Source: Thermoanaerobaculia bacterium | GTDB lineage: Bacteria; Acidobacteriota; Thermoanaerobaculia; Multivoradales; Multivoraceae | Direction: 5' to 3' | DNA: 64,000 nt | Assembly (NCBI GenBank): GCA_963664405.1 | Contig: OY761158.1 | Span: 288,001-352,000, forward strand | Part shown: piece after piece, positions 18,885 to 26,977 of the stretch | How the letters are laid out: each line of letters begins with the position of its first letter | Numbering within the stretch: the stretch's first letter is position 1 | Notes under the pieces: model-generated | What the model saw: only the letters and a program-made list of their open reading frames with translations | What the model was told of the DNA's origin: nothing | The model's database searches: none | Program-made: the position numbers and the translations under genes

Positions 18885-20534
18885 CTAACGACCACGCGCC
18901 CTCAGGACTTTCTCCAGCTCCAGGCAAGCTGCACGCTCGCCCAGGTCACACCCTCTGGAATAGAGCTCGATGGCCCTGGCCTCGTCCCGGGGAACGCCGC
19001 TCCCGTGAGCGTGGGCATACGCCAGTAAGTAGCAGCTGACGCCGTCGCCGCCGTCACAGCCCTCGGGAAGCTGTGCGATCGCATTGGCGACCCCAGCAGA
19101 CGTGATCGAGACATTGCGGTCGAGAAGGGCCTGAATGGCCACGTTGACGCAGCCTCTGTAGAAGCCGCTGGTGCAGGCCTGATCGAAGTAGGAAATGCCC
19201 TGCAGCGGATCCAGTGGGGTGATCTCTCCCTGGTTGAAGAGCACTCCCATCAGATTGCATTCTTCACCGGACCCTGCGGCGCACTGGGACTCGAGAATGA
19301 CCAGCAGGTTGTCGCAAGCATTACGCCGTCCTTCTTCGCAGGCGGCCTGCCAGAACGTAAACCTGGCGCCTTCGTGCGTACTGCCGACGAAATTCGACGC
19401 CAACATCCAACCGAAGAGGCCGATCCACACCGCCATGAAAACGAGATTGACCCGCTGCGACCTCGTCGCTCCGCCGAGGAGGGGCACTTTCAGGCTGTCC
19501 ACGCGTCGCGATCTCCCCACTCTGTCGAGCATGCGGACGCTTAGGTTCAGAAGAGGTACGGCCAGGAGCTTGTCGTAGAACAGTGGCGCGTCGACGTAGG
19601 CCAGGAGCTCCCAGAAGGCCATCACACTTGCTCCGTAGAGGCCGCCGAAAATGGCGCTGCCAACTCTGCTCCGGGGCGAGGTCGAAGGGTCTGTCACCAA
19701 CAGGTGAAGACCGAGGAAAACCGCGATGGGGATGCTTGCATCGACGAAGAAATAGACTCCCGTGAGGCTGGAATAGAGGAGGTTCAACCCCACCAATGTC
19801 GCCACCGCCGACACCGTCACGATCGTCACCGAGAAGAAGTACTGCACCACCAGCCCCGCCAGGAAGATCGCCACATACATGTGGGGGGCGTCGAGGAGTG
19901 TGGTCGCGATCTCCAGTCCCCAGGTGAGCTCTGTTCTGTCGGTCAGGATCAAAGCGATCGAGAAGACCGACAGAGCGAAGCCCGAGGGATTGAAGATGTG
20001 CCTCGCTTGGCCGTCTCTCTGCCATTTGAAGAGCTCCTTACCGAGGCTGCCTACTGCGATCATCGCAAACTGCAGGTAGAACCAGTCGTCTCTGAAGCAC
20101 AAGAAGAAGTTGGTGCTGAGGATGATCGGAAACTGGCCGAAGCCGAGGAACCAGGTCTTCCGCCTCGACCAGACGAGGAGCATGTCGAAGGCGTAGGCAA
20201 AGACGATCTGCGCCAGGATGAGCCAAGCCTGGTGCCGCATCTGCTCCCAGTGCCAGGCCCAGTAGATATAGACGCAGATCTGGACGGAGGCCTGGACGTA
20301 ATGCGACGGGAAGAGAGCGACTTTGAATTCCAGCCTGCGGCCTTGACGGATGGAGTTGGTCAGCAACCAGGCTTGAAAGAGAAGCAGGGCGGCGCAGGCC
20401 CCCCACAACGAACGGCTCAGCTCCGCGCTGGTGCGGAAAGCGGGAACCAAAGAGAGGACGAAGAGGAGGAGCGTCAGCGAAGCAGGCAGCCAAAAAGCCG
20501 GTTGTTGGCTCAGCGCCTTCTTGACGTCGGTCAT
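18885..20534 (-). CDS. Polytopic membrane protein (RnfD/NqrB-like) with C-terminal Sel1-like repeats
   Basis: HIFNPS and VTDPSTSP motifs resemble RnfD; Cys-containing repeats FWQAACEEG, YFDQACTSG, YSRGCDLG. Confidence 0.65.
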   Translation of the reverse strand: MTDVKKALSQQPAFWLPASLTLLLFVLSLVPAFRTSAELSRSLWGACAALLLFQAWLLTNSIRQGRRLEFKVALFPSHYVQASVQICVYIYWAWHWEQMRHQAWLILAQIVFAYAFDMLLVWSRRKTWFLGFGQFPIILSTNFFLCFRDDWFYLQFAMIAVGSLGKELFKWQRDGQARHIFNPSGFALSVFSIALILTDRTELTWGLEIATTLLDAPHMYVAIFLAGLVVQYFFSVTIVTVSAVATLVGLNLLYSSLTGVYFFVDASIPIAVFLGLHLLVTDPSTSPRSRVGSAIFGGLYGASVMAFWELLAYVDAPLFYDKLLAVPLLNLSVRMLDRVGRSRRVDSLKVPLLGGATRSQRVNLVFMAVWIGLFGWMLASNFVGSTHEGARFTFWQAACEEGRRNACDNLLVILESQCAAGSGEECNLMGVLFNQGEITPLDPLQGISYFDQACTSGFYRGCVNVAIQALLDRNVSITSAGVANAIAQLPEGCDGGDGVSCYLLAYAHAHGSGVPRDEARAIELYSRGCDLGERAACLELEKVLRARGR

Positions 20535-20587
20535 GCCGGAGTCCTCGGGCTCAGCTTATCCCAGGCAACACCGTTGCCCCGCGACGA

Positions 20588-20768
20588 CCTAGAGCAGCGT
20601 TTCCAAAGTTCGCGACACTTATCTCGGCCCCTTCTGCCCGCTGGCGGCGTTGGCTGGGCGCCCCCGCGCTCCTCGACAGATTCCCAATATGCCTGCGTCG
20701 GCGCGCCTGGCCAGCGAACAGAATGACCTCGAGCTATGCGACTCGAACTTCGGAAACGCTGGTCTAGG
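20588..20768 (-). mobile_element. MITE-like rod-shaped inverted-repeat element E2 (CTAG at both ends)
   Basis: CCTAGAGCAGCGTTTCCAAAGTTCG pairs with CGAACTTCGGAAACGCTGGTCTAGG; minus-strand core CAGGCGCGCCGACGCAGGCATAT-loop-ATCTGTCGAGGAGCGCG..CAACGC. Confidence 0.75.
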
Positions 20769-20844
20769 ACCTGACGGATGGACGCGATGGAGTCCGCTAT
20801 GACCCTGGCATAGAGCCAACAATATGATAGTGTCTCGACCCAAC

Positions 20845-21087
20845 ATGGCCGCCAAGGCAGTGCAGATCTCGATAGACGAACAGCTGCTCCAGCGAATCGA
20901 CTTGGATCCGGAAGTCGTCGCCGCCGGGAGGTCGGCGTTCATCCGCAATGCTGTGGAGCACTACTTGCGCGAGCGCGCAAGGCGGATGCGCGACGAGCAG
21001 ATCACTAGCGCCTACCGTGCCCAGGGCGACGCGATGCAGAGCGAGATCGCCGAGCTCCTCGAGGATCAGCTGTGGCCGAACGAGTGA
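20845..21087 (+). CDS. Ribbon-helix-helix antitoxin (MazE/CopG-like)
   Basis: AVQISIDEQLLQRID...RSAFIRNAV; overlaps the toxin gene; CTATG-N7-CATAG palindrome at 20797-20813. Confidence 0.85.
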   Translation: MAAKAVQISIDEQLLQRIDLDPEVVAAGRSAFIRNAVEHYLRERARRMRDEQITSAYRAQGDAMQSEIAELLEDQLWPNE

Positions 21088-21398
21088 GCCGCGGGCAAAT
21101 CTGGCTCCTCGACCTGCCAAAGCCCGACAAGCGCCGTCCAGTGCTGGTGCTGAGCCGACAGTCATTGATTGACGTATTGGGCACGGTCACGGTGGTCGCG
21201 ATCACCAGCACCCTTCGCGGCTCACCGACCGAGGTTGAGCTCGGTGTGGGCGAGGGCCTCAAACACACCTCCTGCGCCAATCTTTGCAATCTGTTGACGG
21301 TTCCGCAGCGCCAGCTGCGCACATTCGTGGGCGGTGTGAGCTCCGACAAACTCAAGCACGTCTGCGCTGCTCTGGTCGTCGCCTGCGGCTGCGACTGA
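21072..21398 (+). CDS. mazF: MazF/PemK family toxin
   Basis: RGQIW..DL...KRRPVLVLS, VVAITST motifs. Confidence 0.9.
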   Translation: MAERVSRGQIWLLDLPKPDKRRPVLVLSRQSLIDVLGTVTVVAITSTLRGSPTEVELGVGEGLKHTSCANLCNLLTVPQRQLRTFVGGVSSDKLKHVCAALVVACGCD

Positions 21399-21440
21399 GC
21401 TCGACGCGCCGGCGTGGGAGTTTTGACGGCGACGAATATA

Positions 21441-21456
21441 TATGTAATTCTACATA
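21441..21456. promoter_or_regulatory. Operator-like palindrome upstream of vapBC
   Basis: TATGTA-ATTC-TACATA in an AT-rich patch after TTGACG, 2 nt before the ATG. Confidence 0.6.
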
Positions 21457-21458
21457 CA

Positions 21459-21710
21459 ATGAGCACGAAGACAGTCGCTCTCGATTCGAGGGTCTACGAA
21501 CGGCTGGCCTCGGCCAAAAAGGAGGGCGAGTCGTTCTCGAAAGCGATCGACCGACTTCTCACCAAGGTCGAGTCGGCGCACACCGGGAGCGACATCTTGC
21601 TTGGGCTCGACGGGTTTTCGGCGCTCTCGCCGGAGGATTCGCCGAAGTTCCTCGAGGTCGTTCGGGAGAACCGGGCTGGAGAGGCATGGCAGCGCCGTGA
21701 TCTGCGTTGA
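21459..21710 (+). CDS. vapB: VapB-type antitoxin (DUF217-like)
   Basis: MSTKTVALDSRVYERLASAKKEGESFSKAIDRL. Confidence 0.85.
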   Translation: MSTKTVALDSRVYERLASAKKEGESFSKAIDRLLTKVESAHTGSDILLGLDGFSALSPEDSPKFLEVVRENRAGEAWQRRDLR

Positions 21711-22098
21711 CACCACCTTTCTCGTAGATCTGTGGCGGGAGAAGGGGCTGCAGAGCTCGGCGCCGGGGACATTACTTGCCGCCCATCGCGCTGAGGACTT
21801 CGCGGTTCCTGCCCATGCGGCAGGAGAGTTCCTCGAGGGTGGAGCCTCGGTCTCCCGGGAGAGAATGGCGGAATCTCTCCGTTTCCTGAGGCTCTTCCGA
21901 ATCGGCGGAGTCGGGATCGAGACCGCTCTCCACTACGCGCAAATCGTCGCGTACCTCCGTCGTGACAACAGCCTCAGCGGCAGGTCGGAGCCAGATCTTT
22001 GGATCGCCGCCTGGGCAATCGAGCACGCTGCGCCGCTCGCCACCCGGAACACGAGGCATTTTCAGCAAGTGCCGGATTTGGACCTTCTCGACTACTAG
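21697..22098 (+). CDS. vapC: VapC PIN-domain toxin
   Basis: CVDTTFLVD, GEFLEG, DLWIAA, LATRNTRHF; GTG start overlaps the antitoxin gene. Confidence 0.9.
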   Translation: MICVDTTFLVDLWREKGLQSSAPGTLLAAHRAEDFAVPAHAAGEFLEGGASVSRERMAESLRFLRLFRIGGVGIETALHYAQIVAYLRRDNSLSGRSEPDLWIAAWAIEHAAPLATRNTRHFQQVPDLDLLDY

Positions 22099-22125
22099 GT
22101 GCCTTTAATCGCTCAACCCGTGACG

Positions 22126-22392
22126 TATGGCTCAAGTTTTCCTCGAAGCGAACTCGTGCCGCCGGCCGTTCAGGGTGCCCCAGATCGCCGCAGCGCAGGA
22201 GCGAGGCGACAGAGGCGTACTTAGGCCCAGGAGCCTGCGTAGCAGGAGAGTGGTTCTCAGGCGGGGATGGGCCGGAGAAAGGGCCGAAGGGCCGTTCTCC
22301 GGGGCTACCTCGGAGGAGCCGAGCGACGAGCACGCGGTGAGGTGGGGCGCCCTGGACGGCCGGCGATGAGACCACGTCTGACTTGGGCCGTG
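22126..22392 (+). repeat. Rod-shaped inverted-repeat element E3 with enlarged apical insert
   Basis: CGCCGGCCGTTCAGGGTGCCCCA (22160-22182) pairs with TGGGGCGCCCTGGACGGCCGGCG (22343-22365); outer TATGGCTCAAGT/ACTTGGGCCGTG; core GACAGAGGCGTAC identical to E1. Confidence 0.7.
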
Positions 22393-22968
22393 ACCGTGGC
22401 GCTGGCGGCGCTCGCCGTCGTCGCCGTGCTCGCTCTGCGCTCGGCACGGGAGAGCCGCGCGCAGGCGGCTCTCGCCGACATTCTGGTCGCCTTCGAGCCG
22501 CCCTTCGACCCCGCCTCGCCGGAGCCTTCGGATCTCGAGGCGCCGTCGTTCGCCACCGGGAGCGAACGCAGCGCGCCGGCCCGGCAGCGCTTCGCGCGAC
22601 TGATCGAGGAGCATGAGGGCAGCGCGGCAGCCGAGGTCGCGCGGGTCTACCTCGCCGACCTGGAGGCGAGGGCCGGCAGATTCGTCCAGGCCCGCGAGAT
22701 CTGGCAAGGTCTGGCCGAGGGTGGCGACGACGAGCTGGCGGCGATCGCGGAGCTCAACCTCATTCGCCTCGACCGCAAGGAAGGTCGGCTGGAAGAGCTG
22801 GTGTCGACGCTCGAAAGTCGCCTCGAGAGCCAGGAGAGCAGCCTGCCGACGGATGTGCTCCTCTTCGAGCTCGCCAGCACTCTCGAGCAGCTCGGACGGC
22901 ACGAGGAGGTCGGGAGGATCAAACGCTTCGAGGAGGTGGTCCCGGAAGGGGGTCGAGTACGAAGGTGA
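22366..22968 (+). CDS. Membrane-anchored TPR protein (YfgM-like)
   Basis: N-terminal TM helix followed by TPR-like helices (ARVYLADLEARAG..AREIW; LFELASTLEQLG). Confidence 0.65.
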   Translation: MRPRLTWAVTVALAALAVVAVLALRSARESRAQAALADILVAFEPPFDPASPEPSDLEAPSFATGSERSAPARQRFARLIEEHEGSAAAEVARVYLADLEARAGRFVQAREIWQGLAEGGDDELAAIAELNLIRLDRKEGRLEELVSTLESRLESQESSLPTDVLLFELASTLEQLGRHEEVGRIKRFEEVVPEGGRVRR

Positions 22969-23031
22969 CGGGAGCACCTCGACGGACCCTGTGGCACATT
23001 GAGATGAGAAGGCGAAGAAAGGATCTTGCCC

Positions 23032-23361
23032 ATGACCTATCTGTACTTGTTTCTGGCCATCGCGGCTGAAGTCGTTGCCACCAGTGCCCTGAAGACGTCG
23101 GAGGGGTTCACAAAGCTGGGGCCCAGCCTGGTGGTGGTTGTCGGTTACGGATGTGCTTTCTATCTCTTGAGCGTGGTCCTGGAGAAGTTGACGGTGGGGA
23201 TCACCTATGCCATCTGGTCAGGAGTCGGCATCGTTCTCGTGACCTTGGTGGGAGCCGTTGCCTTTCGCGAGATCCCGGATACCCCCGCCGTTATCGGCAT
23301 GGGGTTGATAATCGCGGGAGTCGTGGTCATCAATGCTTTTTCCACAGCAGTGCGCGTTTGA
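23032..23361 (+). CDS. SMR family efflux transporter (EmrE/QacE-like)
   Basis: LAIAAEVVATSALKTSEGFT, YAIWSGVG. Confidence 0.92.
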   Translation: MTYLYLFLAIAAEVVATSALKTSEGFTKLGPSLVVVVGYGCAFYLLSVVLEKLTVGITYAIWSGVGIVLVTLVGAVAFREIPDTPAVIGMGLIIAGVVVINAFSTAVRV

Positions 23362-23406
23362 TGAGCGCCGAGAACGTCCATTCAGACCCAAGGAGTTAGA
23401 ACACCG

Positions 23407-23841
23407 ATGAGCAACACCATGTCCCGAGACGAGAGAGAGGCCTACCTCGCAGACGCGCACGTAGCCGTGCTTAGCATCCCTGCCAAGGGGCGCGGTCCTC
23501 TCTCCGCCCCCGTCTGGTACGGCTATGAGCCGGGCGGTGAGGTCTGGTTCTGTACCGGACGCGATTCGCGCAAGGGCAAGCTGCTGCGGGAGGGCGTTCA
23601 GGTGAGCCTGTGCGTCCAGACCGAGACGCCTCCCTACCAGTACGTCAGTGTGGAGGGTCCGGTCACTTCGATCGTGCCGTCGGACACCGAAGCGCACATA
23701 CGCCCTCTCGCCCGTCGCTATCTCGGTAACGAGGCCGGCGACCGCTATGTCGAAAGCACCGCCGCCACGCAGGGCAGCGGCATCCTTGTGGCCATGCGCC
23801 CGAGTCGCTGGCTCAGCGTCGACTACGGCAAAGGCCCTTAA
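23407..23841 (+). CDS. Pyridoxamine 5'-phosphate oxidase-like (PPOX) protein
   Basis: GPLSAPVWY, SRKGKLL, VSLCVQ, YVSVEG. Confidence 0.85.
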   Translation: MSNTMSRDEREAYLADAHVAVLSIPAKGRGPLSAPVWYGYEPGGEVWFCTGRDSRKGKLLREGVQVSLCVQTETPPYQYVSVEGPVTSIVPSDTEAHIRPLARRYLGNEAGDRYVESTAATQGSGILVAMRPSRWLSVDYGKGP

Positions 23842-23860
23842 CCAGGCTCGCGCACCCAGG

Positions 23861-23960
23861 TCACTTCTTCAACGCCTCGAGAAAGCTCACGATCTCTTTT
23901 CCCTGAGCGGTGTTCGGCCATACCAGCTCTCGATTACCATCGGCGTATTCGGAACGAGCA
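23861..23960 (-). pseudogene. Frameshifted 3' remnant of a cytochrome c gene
   Basis: LVPNTPMVIE/LVWPNTAQGKEIVSFLEALKK* matches the end of the 26183 cytochrome (LVPNTTMVIDTMPWPEAAELEEIVGFLEALE). Confidence 0.75.
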
Positions 23961-24001
23961 ATCGCTGCCTACCGGCTAGCGGAAAGCCCGCCGCGTCGTT
24001 T

Positions 24002-24030
24002 TTGATGCATAACGATAAACGTTATAAAGT
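24002..24030 (+). promoter_or_regulatory. higBA promoter/operator
   Basis: TTGATG-N17-TAAAGT with palindrome ATAACG-N5-CGTTAT in the spacer. Confidence 0.65.
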
Positions 24031-24056
24031 CAAGGAGGCGGGGCGGAACGGGTGCG

Positions 24057-24341
24057 GTGCCGATCAAGAGCTTCAAAGACAAAGAGACGGAGAAGGTCTT
24101 CGGCACCCGCTTCTCAAAGCGGTTCCCGCCTGATATCCAAAGACGAGCAGTCAAGAGATTAAAGGCGCTCGACGCCGCAGAGGAGTTGAGCGACCTGGCC
24201 GCACTCCCTGGAAACCGCTTAGAAGTGCTCAAGGGCGACCGAAAAGGACAACACAGCATCAGAATCAACGACCAGTGGCGAGTCTGTTTCCTCTGGAAGG
24301 ATGGGGAGCCGCGCAACGTCGAGATCACCGACTACCACTAA
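24057..24341 (+). CDS. higB: HigB (RelE/ParE-family) toxin
   Basis: IKSFKDKETE, PGNRLEVLKGDRKGQHSIRINDQWRVCF, EITDYH. Confidence 0.93.
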   Translation: MPIKSFKDKETEKVFGTRFSKRFPPDIQRRAVKRLKALDAAEELSDLAALPGNRLEVLKGDRKGQHSIRINDQWRVCFLWKDGEPRNVEITDYH

Positions 24342-24353
24342 AGGGGTGAAGAG

Positions 24354-24668
24354 ATGACGGAATGGATCAAGCCAATCCACCCCGGGGAGATCCTACTCGA
24401 GGACTTCCTCGAGCCTACTGGAATGAGCCGCAGCGCACTCGCGAAGGCGATTGGAGTTCCCGCCCCGCGCGTCAACGACATCGTCCTCTGCCGCCGTGGC
24501 ATCACCGCCGACACGGCGATGCGCCTGGCGGCCTTCATCGGAACCACGCCCGAGTTCTGGATCAATCTGCAAGCGAGCTATGAGCTCGATGTCGCACGAC
24601 AGAAGACAGACTTGATCGAGATCGTCGAGAAGATCGAACCGTACCAACCGGAGACAGCTGCCGGATGA
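24354..24668 (+). CDS. higA: HigA antitoxin
   Basis: PIHPGEILLEDFL, RGITADTAMRL, FWINLQASYEL. Confidence 0.93.
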   Translation: MTEWIKPIHPGEILLEDFLEPTGMSRSALAKAIGVPAPRVNDIVLCRRGITADTAMRLAAFIGTTPEFWINLQASYELDVARQKTDLIEIVEKIEPYQPETAAG

Positions 24669-24769
24669 GGGTGGCGCCCCGAGGTCGATGCGTTCCGGCG
24701 CGACCCCCAACTGAAGGATCTCGTCGACCTCTCGCGCATCCATCAGGTTTGGTCAGGGGCGGGCATCGT

Positions 24770-25186
24770 CCTCGTGACCAAAGAGAGTCCTTCTTAGCAG
24801 GCGTGCACGTAGCCGTGCGGAGCATTCCCACGGAGGGGCGCGGCCCGCTCTCCGCCCCGGTCTGGTACGGCTACGAGTCGGGGGGTGAGGTCTGGTTCTG
24901 TACCGGAGGCGATTCGCGCAAAGGCAAGCTGCTACGAGAAGGAGTTCGGATCAGCCTGTGCGTCCAGACCGAGACTCCTCCCTACGAGTATGTGACCGTG
25001 GAGGGTCCGGTCACCTCGATCGCTCGATCGGACATCGAAGCGGATATACGCCCTCTCGCCCATCGCTACCTCGGTGAAGAGGGGGGCGACAATTACGTCG
25101 AGAGCACTGCCGACCTGGACGACAGTGGCATTCGTGTGGCGATGCGTCCCAGTCGGTGGCTCAGCGTCGATTACGGCAAAGGCTAG
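24770..25186 (+). CDS. PPOX-like protein, second copy; native start codon apparently lost
   Basis: Close paralog of 23407-23841 from RDQRESFLA onward; position equivalent to Met reads CGT; only upstream TTG/ATG alternatives. Confidence 0.65.
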   Translation, partial: PRDQRESFLAGVHVAVRSIPTEGRGPLSAPVWYGYESGGEVWFCTGGDSRKGKLLREGVRISLCVQTETPPYEYVTVEGPVTSIARSDIEADIRPLAHRYLGEEGGDNYVESTADLDDSGIRVAMRPSRWLSVDYGKG

Positions 25187-25342
25187 CGGCGATGGCATTA
25201 GCGATCGACCGCGAGGGAGCGCGGACCCACCTCGACGCTGTTCGCACGACGCTTGGTGGTCGCCAAGACGAGAGTGCCGAGCATCTGGTGCGGGGCCTGC
25301 GAGATAGCCGCGCCCAACAGCTCTCTTGGTGATTCGGGGAGT

Positions 25343-25561
25343 TTAGGCCGCGCCCGCGAAGACTTTGGCAGCCTCTTTGGGAACCTTGATGGGGACAAAC
25401 AGGCTCGTTGGAAAGAGGTAGTCCTCGCCGGATTCGTCCACGACTCGAAGCATGCCGAGGGACTCGGCTTCGGCGTCGGTTACCCCTCGATAGATGGTGC
25501 GAACCTGAAGCGACGCAGCGTAGCCCTCGTTGCTCACGCAAACAAAGTACTGTTCCTTCAT
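25343..25561 (-). CDS. Small conserved hypothetical protein (putative antitoxin)
   Basis: 72 aa, CVSNEGYAASL..RTIY...LRVVDESGEDYLFP; downstream member of a two-gene unit. Confidence 0.7.
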   Translation of the reverse strand: MKEQYFVCVSNEGYAASLQVRTIYRGVTDAEAESLGMLRVVDESGEDYLFPTSLFVPIKVPKEAAKVFAGAA

Positions 25562-25571
25562 TCGTTCTTGC

Positions 25572-25814
25572 TCATTCGCTCAGCAAGCGCTTGATCTTGA
25601 CATCGATTCGCCCTCTGCCGTGTGCCTCGTACCAGTGTACCTCCGCCCGCCCAACGAAGCCATCGGGAAGGCGAACCGTAGCCACTCCTTTGAGCTTTCG
25701 CCAACGACCGGGACCGTACACTTTGGCAAGCAGTGGACGAAGTCGCACTGACGAGCCCGAGGCGATGGTCTCAATCGACTCGATCTCGCCGATTATCTTG
25801 ACCTGATCTTCCAC
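25572..25814 (-). CDS. Small basic hypothetical protein (putative toxin)
   Basis: 80 aa, IETIASG...YGPGRWRKLKG...AEVHWYEAHG.G. Confidence 0.7.
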   Translation of the reverse strand: MEDQVKIIGEIESIETIASGSSVRLRPLLAKVYGPGRWRKLKGVATVRLPDGFVGRAEVHWYEAHGRGRIDVKIKRLLSE

Positions 25815-25863
25815 GCAGCGACGATCCTACGAAGGGGAGGCAGTGCGTCCTTGACAGGACATG

Positions 25864-25935
25864 ACCTTGCCGGCCTCCAGGTAATCGAACAGATTCTTGA
25901 CCGGGACGCGCGCCCGCGGAAAACCGGTGCGCCAT
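25864..25935 (-). pseudogene. DUF433 antitoxin fragment
   Basis: GAPVF/AGARVPVKNLFDYLEAGK with a frameshift; typical DUF433 core. Confidence 0.7.
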
Positions 25936-26182
25936 GAACGCCAAGAGTCAGACTGGGCAACCGGAGTGGAGCAGAGCCGACGACTCATACCCTTCTAGGG
26001 TGCGGAGGCTTGGGAATTGATGGTGCGGAGGTCAACCTCTTTCGGCTGGCACCATCATCGCTCGGCGCGATGGGTCGCCGCCGCGTCATCGGCGCCACTC
26101 GAACCGCCACACACGAGGCCGAGCGCGATCACTGCCGCGGCGATTGGAACGGACACTACGGGACGACCCGAGCGCACCTCGG

Positions 26183-26977
26183 TTATTCCAACGCCTCGAG
26201 GAAGCCCACGATCTCTTCGAGCTCGGCGGCCTCCGGCCACGGCATGGTGTCGATTACCATCGTCGTGTTGGGAACGAGGGCCGATGGATCCTCGACATAT
26301 GCCAGCAAGTTTTCGCGCGACCACGGCAGCCCATATCTCTTCATCGCGGCCGAGTACGAAAACCCGGGCGCAGAGCCCGCTACTCGCCCGAGCGCGCCGT
26401 GCAGGTTCGGGCCCTTCCCGTGGCCACCGGCCGCGCCGGCCGGGTGACACACTGCGCAGAAGTCATCGTAGGCATCCCGTCCCGCCGGTGCTGCAGCGGC
26501 AGACACCGCGGTCCCGGGGAGGTTGGCGATGATCCGCTCTCGCTCGAAGCTCGGCCGAGACATCGGCTCACGGCGCAGCCGCGCCACCTCGGCGCCATCG
26601 TAGGGCCGGAAGTCGGCCGGGATGTTATCGGCATCGAAGCGCCGGAGCATCCAGTTCAAAACTCTCGCGACCGCTTCGTCGTCGAGCAGTGCCTGGGCTA
26701 CTCCTGGCACGCGGACGAGATACTCCCGCCCTTCCTGAGTGGCGAGGAACTTCCCCATCTCGCCGCCAACCGAGGGGACTGTGCCCTCCAGCCCCGAGCC
26801 ATCGGCCTTATGACAGCCCTCGCAGTGCGACATGTAGTCGATCTTGGTGCGGCGATCCGCTGCGTCATCGGCGGCGGCCGGACCAGCCCAAGCCAGCCCG
26901 AGCGCGATCAGGCCCGCGGCGCAGCCCACTCCCCCGCCCGCGCGCCGAGGCGTTTTACTCGGCGATCGCGAGAACAC
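26183..26977 (-). CDS. Secreted di-heme cytochrome c (start uncertain)
   Basis: Two CXXCH motifs (CEGCH, CAVCH); second domain is cytochrome c2-like (GPNLHG..GRVAGS..GFSYS). Confidence 0.85.
   Translation of the reverse strand: MFSRSPSKTPRRAGGGVGCAAGLIALGLAWAGPAAADDAADRRTKIDYMSHCEGCHKADGSGLEGTVPSVGGEMGKFLATQEGREYLVRVPGVAQALLDDEAVARVLNWMLRRFDADNIPADFRPYDGAEVARLRREPMSRPSFERERIIANLPGTAVSAAAAPAGRDAYDDFCAVCHPAGAAGGHGKGPNLHGALGRVAGSAPGFSYSAAMKRYGLPWSRENLLAYVEDPSALVPNTTMVIDTMPWPEAAELEEIVGFLEALE

Noticed and set aside
17915-25935. Integron cassette array
   Set aside because: Cassette-like content (SMR, TA pairs), but mixed orientations, no tyrosine integrase and no RYYYAAC...GTTRRRY attC pattern found.
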